64,000 bases of DNA from Eledone cirrhosa (lineage: Eukaryota): contig OZ024757.1 in assembly GCA_964016885.1 (NCBI GenBank), positions 24,056,001 through 24,120,000 of the forward strand, written 5' to 3'. Every line of letters starts with the position of its first letter. The first letter of the stretch is position 1. The position numbers and the translations under genes are program-made. Under the pieces are notes generated by a model. It was not told the origin of the DNA and ran no database searches. It was given only the letters and a program-made list of their open reading frames with translations. Below, piece after piece: positions 54,865-64,000 of this stretch.

Positions 54865-55483
54865 CTGCTCGTTGTAAATGGAAAAATTAAAAATTAACAT
54901 GGAAGCAAGTTAGCAGATTTTAATATATTGATAAAACTATACGAGATCTGGATGTCTGGCACGAATCTTCAGGGATAAACAGGTAGACTTATTGTCACCT
55001 GACTCTCATTTTTTACTGTGATGATATTTTCCAGCCACACTCCGAGAACTGCTTATGGTGGTAGGCTAAACTTGGTGAGGGAATGGACGCTTGGAAAGGC
55101 AATGGGCACCCCAAAACATTTCTAAAGTCCACCGAAATGGCATGATGCACTCAAGGTAAAACAGTGGCACTCCAATGACTGGCCGCATTAATTACGGGAA
55201 CTTGAATAATTAATAATTACTGGTATTTACAGAACATCAAAATTTAAATCTTCATTCAATACTGTAACAGATTCCATTCCTTACCAAACTCTGCACATGC
55301 GTGATAGGGAATTAAATTCAGAAAATAGAGATGGCAAACTTTTATTTGCCAAATTGGAACAATCGGATTTAAGAGTGTTTAAAAAGTTGTGAACAACTTA
55401 GGAGTGAAAATAACTGATAATGTCATGGTAATTCTCTTTGAAAGAGAATCAAATACAGAAAGTGTAAAGAAAAGCAACATTAC

Positions 55484-55579
55484 TGCGGCATGGACATCAC
55501 TGAGGAAAGCAAGTTCGTCTTCCAGGGCTTGAACACGAGCAGTTTCGGCCAATCTTAGAGTTGTTTCGTTTTGCAATTT
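55484..55579 (-). CDS. IF gene A exon 3 (end of coil 1B)
   Basis: tttag|KLQNETTLRLAETARVQALEDELAFLSDVHAA|gtaat. 96 nt, phase 0/0; L(E/Q)EE(L/I)xFL motif of the IF coil 1B end. Confidence 0.93.
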
Positions 55580-55915
55580 CTAAAGAAAAGATATGCAAAT
55601 ATTTTACTTTATCATATTTGTTAGAAAGACAGGAAGGAAGTAAACATGGAGAAAGAAGTCTATATTGGACACTTATATTTATAAGTCATTAATCAGGTGT
55701 TTAGTTTTGTTTCTGATTAATGTAAGGAGTCTGTGATTATTTTAGAGATATACTGTATCATATGTAGGTTCCCATTTTAAATAAAAAGCGGTGGGTTGCT
55801 TGTATCAGTAGAACCCTCGGACACTTGCTTATTGGCATATAGTTACGACAATTTACGTTGGAAGTTCAAATCTGACCCAAGTTAGCTTTGCTTATGGGGA
55901 CGATCAAATAAAGTA

Positions 55916-55959
<44 letters not shown>

Positions 55960-56552
55960 TGTAATAACCAACATCAGACAATTATTCCATTTACCAAAGG
56001 TTTGCATATGAAGCTGCATAACTTAGCTCAACTCAGAATAGAAATAGGATTTCGCTTCAAGCATAGCTTTATACAATATGCATAGAAATTTCGTATTTCC
56101 AAAGAAATACGCTTTTAGGAAGCCGTAGCTATGCAAATGAGATTAATCACCTCATTTACACAAACGAGAAAACTATATATTCTCGACTGTTATCAAGTCC
56201 AGCAGTCGCAAGCGGTGGGAAGGACGGTCCCGAGGAAGGGCAGTCAAGCCTGAAATACATAGACGGTTGTCCCCCTTGCTTCAGCTGGACACCACCAGAG
56301 GGTGTTTGCATAGATACGGCTTCATAAAACCGTGTTTCTTTAGAAATATGAAATTTCTATACATATTTGTATAAAGCGATGCTTGAAGCGAAATCCTGTT
56401 TCTATATATATGTAATATATATATATGCAATATATATATATGTAATATATATATATGTAATATATATAATTATATATATATATGTAATATATATAATTAT
56501 ATATATATGTAATATATATAATTATATATATATATGTAATATATATAATTAT

Positions 56553-56740
56553 ATGTGAAGATAGACATAGAATATTCGAAAATATTCTGTATGTTTATAA
56601 TAAACATTTTGAAGACCTAATCGCTATAGAATAGAATACGTCACGTATTACAATTAGATTCTCGATAAACATACAGAATATTTTCGAATATTCTATGTCT
56701 ATCTTCACATATATATCGCTATTTCAGAGCATTTAATCCA
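56553..56740 (+). mobile_element. Fold-back element in (TA)n, no clear ribozyme core
   Basis: Inverted repeat GTGAAGATAGACATAGAATATTCGAAAATATTCTGTATGTTTAT / ATAAACATACAGAATATTTTCGAATATTCTATGTCTATCTTCAC plus a short tail. Confidence 0.5.
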
Positions 56741-56749
56741 ATATATAAT

Positions 56750-61037
<4,288 letters not shown>

Positions 61038-61085
61038 CATATATATATATATGTGTATATATATATATATGTATATATATATGTA

Positions 61086-61120
<35 letters not shown>

Positions 61121-61149
61121 GTATATATATATGTATATATATATGTATA

Positions 61150-61192
<43 letters not shown>

Positions 61193-61449
61193 ATATATGT
61201 ATATGTACATATATATATATGTATGTATATATGTATATATGTGTATATATATGTATATATATATGTGTATATATGTATATATATATATATGTATATATAT
61301 GTGTATATATATATGTATATATATGAATATATATATGTACATGTGTGTGTATATATATGTATATGTATATATGTATTTATATATGTATATATGAGTATGT
61401 ATATGTATATATATATATATGTATATATTTATATATATGTACATATATG

Positions 61450-61508
<59 letters not shown>

Positions 61509-61604
61509 GTGTTTGTATGTGTGTTCGTACAATTGCAGAAAATGAGAAAGAAAAGGTGAATGAGACAGGTTTAGAGAAAATTGTTTGAAATTATTTCAAC
61601 ATAC

Positions 61605-61791
61605 CACTCTTAGTTCATTCAGTTGTCCGTCAAGAATACCATTCTTGGTTTTCATGGCTGCTAGTTGTTTCTCAGCCTCGGCTGCCCTTCTTCTACATAA
61701 CTCGCTGTCTGCAGTACGGCGGGCCACCTCGTCATTTAATCCATCAATAGAGAGTTGCAGTTTGTCGTTCACGTCTTGTAGATGGCGCATT
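61605..61791 (-). CDS. Cytoplasmic intermediate filament protein, gene A, internal exon (exon 2; long coil 1B)
   Basis: Acceptor tgtcag, then A|ATG CGC CAT... (phase 2) MRHLQDVNDKLQLSIDGLNDEVARRTADSELCRRRAAEAEKQLAAMKTKNGILDGQLNELRV, donor gtatg. 187 nt, heptad pattern. Confidence 0.9.
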
Positions 61792-62159
61792 CTGACAGAA
61801 AGAATAAAGATAAATGGTTCAGGGGTTGATTTCGCGATGGTACTAACGCAGTTTAATACAAACTCCGATATCTCGTGTGATAATGGTTTCTAACTTGTGC
61901 ACCCCGCCAGCAATTTTGGAGGAGAGAAATTCGATTACATTGGTCTCCCTACTTCACTGGTTATCCACTCAGGAAGTATGAAAAGCAATGTTGGCTTCGG
62001 TTGGATTTGAACTTAGAGCCAAGAATAAACATCATATCAAACCTACCTCTTTATTTGTGTAATTCCCTATTTCAGAAATTCTTAATTACTTCATCAGCTG
62101 ATGCTTACTTACTACAGGTTGCTAAGGTAGAAGATGTATATATTTTCCTATAGATATTG

Positions 62160-62892
62160 TGATCTCCGTCTTGCACTCGATAGATTTGATGCCGAATGCT
62201 GCACGCCTGGAATGACTGTCAGTGCCTCAAAAAAAAAATGAGGCATTCGTCCTTACAAGAAAGCCTGCGCAGTGCACTCTACATATGAATGGAGTTCCAC
62301 TGAAGCGGGTAGAGAAGTTCAAGCTACTTGGGGCTGTTTTCAGGAGTAATGGAAGGCAGGCGGCAGAATTAAGCGCAAGAATTGCTGGAGTTAGTGTAGT
62401 AATGCGCCAGCTTCAGCATTCAGTAATCAGAAAATCAGAAGAAGGAAAGTAGACGTAAAAGCCAAACACGCTATCTTCAATTCGATATCCATGCCAACCC
62501 TTAGCTATGGTCACGAATCTTGGGTAATGACCGAAAGATTACGATCTCGAACACAAATAGTGGCCTCGGAGTAACGTTACTCGACAGAGTGCGTAGCTCA
62601 AAGATCAGAGAGTCACTCCAGGTAGAGGTGCTACTCCTCCGAACTGAGAGATCACAGCTTTGTTATGACAGACTTGTGGTTAGAATGTCTCGGGAAAGAA
62701 TCGTTGAGCAGATTTTTAATGAGCAAAACCAGGAGACCCAGGGGTAGATCCCAAGCAAGATTGATGGATAACATTCATGAGCTTGGCTGGTCTCGCTTGG
62801 GGATCCAGCCGGACCAGATGGGGATGGTTGCTTCTGACAAGGCCCACTGGAAGGAGTGTTTGATGACTCTACCTCCACGAAGAAGAAGAAGT
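62160..62892 (+). mobile_element. Decayed RTE LINE 3' half
   Basis: GVPLKRVEKFKLLGAVF, PTLSYGHESW, GVTLLDRVRSSKIRESL, RPRGRSQARLMDNI; (AAG)n tail. Confidence 0.8.
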
Positions 62893-64000
62893 ACAGTACA
62901 GTTTTGATGGGCTAGTATTAATTGGTTATAGAACTAACACAGCGTGTTTCAGAATAAAAGCTTATATGACTTCCTATACAACACAATGGCATACATACAG
63001 GCTTACTGTGGTCATTTGAAGCTGTGATATAATGACATCCTATTAAACATAATCAGTGAAATCTGTGAAGACGCCAGGCCTAGTGGTTAGGGTGTAGGTT
63101 TCATGATCATAAAGCTATTGTTTCGATCACTGTTTTTGAGCCAGCCATTTCATATCATGTTCCTTTTCATGAGATGAGGGCTCCCTATCTTTACAACACC
63201 CCTGAAACATCGTAGGACGACAACTACACCTACATATGTGTGTATCTCTAACAAGATAGAACTGAGTCCCCGTGCATTAAAACACCTCTGAAACATCCTA
63301 TATTATGCCAGTTAAACCTGCTTACTCAGCTCTAACAACAACAATATGATAGACCTGGATTCCCTATCATTAAACTACCCAATAAACCTCCTATAATATG
63401 CCTCTTTGTAGGAGGCCAGCCAATTCTACATAGGTGCGAGTTGTAACATGTATGATAGAATTGGGGTTCCTCTCATTAAAACGCCCACATCGGTGTAAGC
63501 TGTAAATTTCATTTTGTTTTTCAAACAGCGGAAGCATTTGGTGTTCTTGAACTTCTTCACTTTATGCCAGCGACCTACCCAGGGTGATTTCGACAGTGAT
63601 GACACCGCAAATGTTAGGCCATTGCCATTTCTAAATTTACTCTGCATATATGTTTTGTTTTATTCTTTTTCTAAAACTGAAAGCTATGTACTCGATTTCT
63701 CTGGTGACTATTATTTTCAATGTCAGGTTATGTGCTCTCTGTTCATAAATAGAGACTTCTGCTGAAAGATCTGTGGTTTTCACATACATGGACATACCAT
63801 ATCCAACGTGACGCACAGTAATATTGACTAGGAAGATAGCTTCAAATGTGGCTGAAGCTCATTCAATATTTTTTCCAATTCTTGACTTAACAATCACACA
63901 TTTCTTCCATTTACTAACCAAATAATGAATTACCATCAATGTAGACATTATATAGTCGGTCGTTTAACTTGCATCAAATAGCAGATAAATGTTGCTGAAA

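Noticed and set aside
61792-64000. Possible exon 1 of gene A
   Set aside because: No LNxR/YIEKVRFLE coil 1A motif on the minus strand; the region is SINE/RTE debris and unique non-coding sequence.

Overview
AT-rich, microsatellite-dense eukaryotic DNA; the repeat content and protein families suggest a cephalopod, probably Octopus (inference). Host coding content is limited to cytoplasmic intermediate-filament (IF) sequence on the minus strand. Gene A has ten phase-consistent GT-AG exons (61791 down to stop at 43822) encoding long coil 1B, coil 2 and a lamin-tail domain, with no CaaX motif; its exon 1 is not upstream within the window. A separate IF first exon (26487-26054, with a TATA box) lies 17 kb downstream of gene A, and I found none of its later exons in the window. 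The rest is decayed RTE, CR1/L2-like, R4/Dong, Tx1 and CRE LINE pieces, tRNA-derived SINEs, non-autonomous Helitrons, MITEs and satellites, several of which were amplified from LINE-internal segments. The most notable signal is a set of at least five sequence-unrelated families of 170-400 bp fold-back elements sitting in (TA)n tracts. They carry type I hammerhead ribozyme motifs (complete at 9158-9228, 9336-9406, 22489-22526 and 22570-22607), often fold back inside the ribozyme, and share an ACTC-loop-GAGT-RC tail hairpin, consistent with Penelope-like/retrozyme-type mini-elements. A candidate HDV-like ribozyme marks the 5' end of an RTE-related element. All calls were made by eye; no searches or folding programs were run, and repeat boundaries are approximate.
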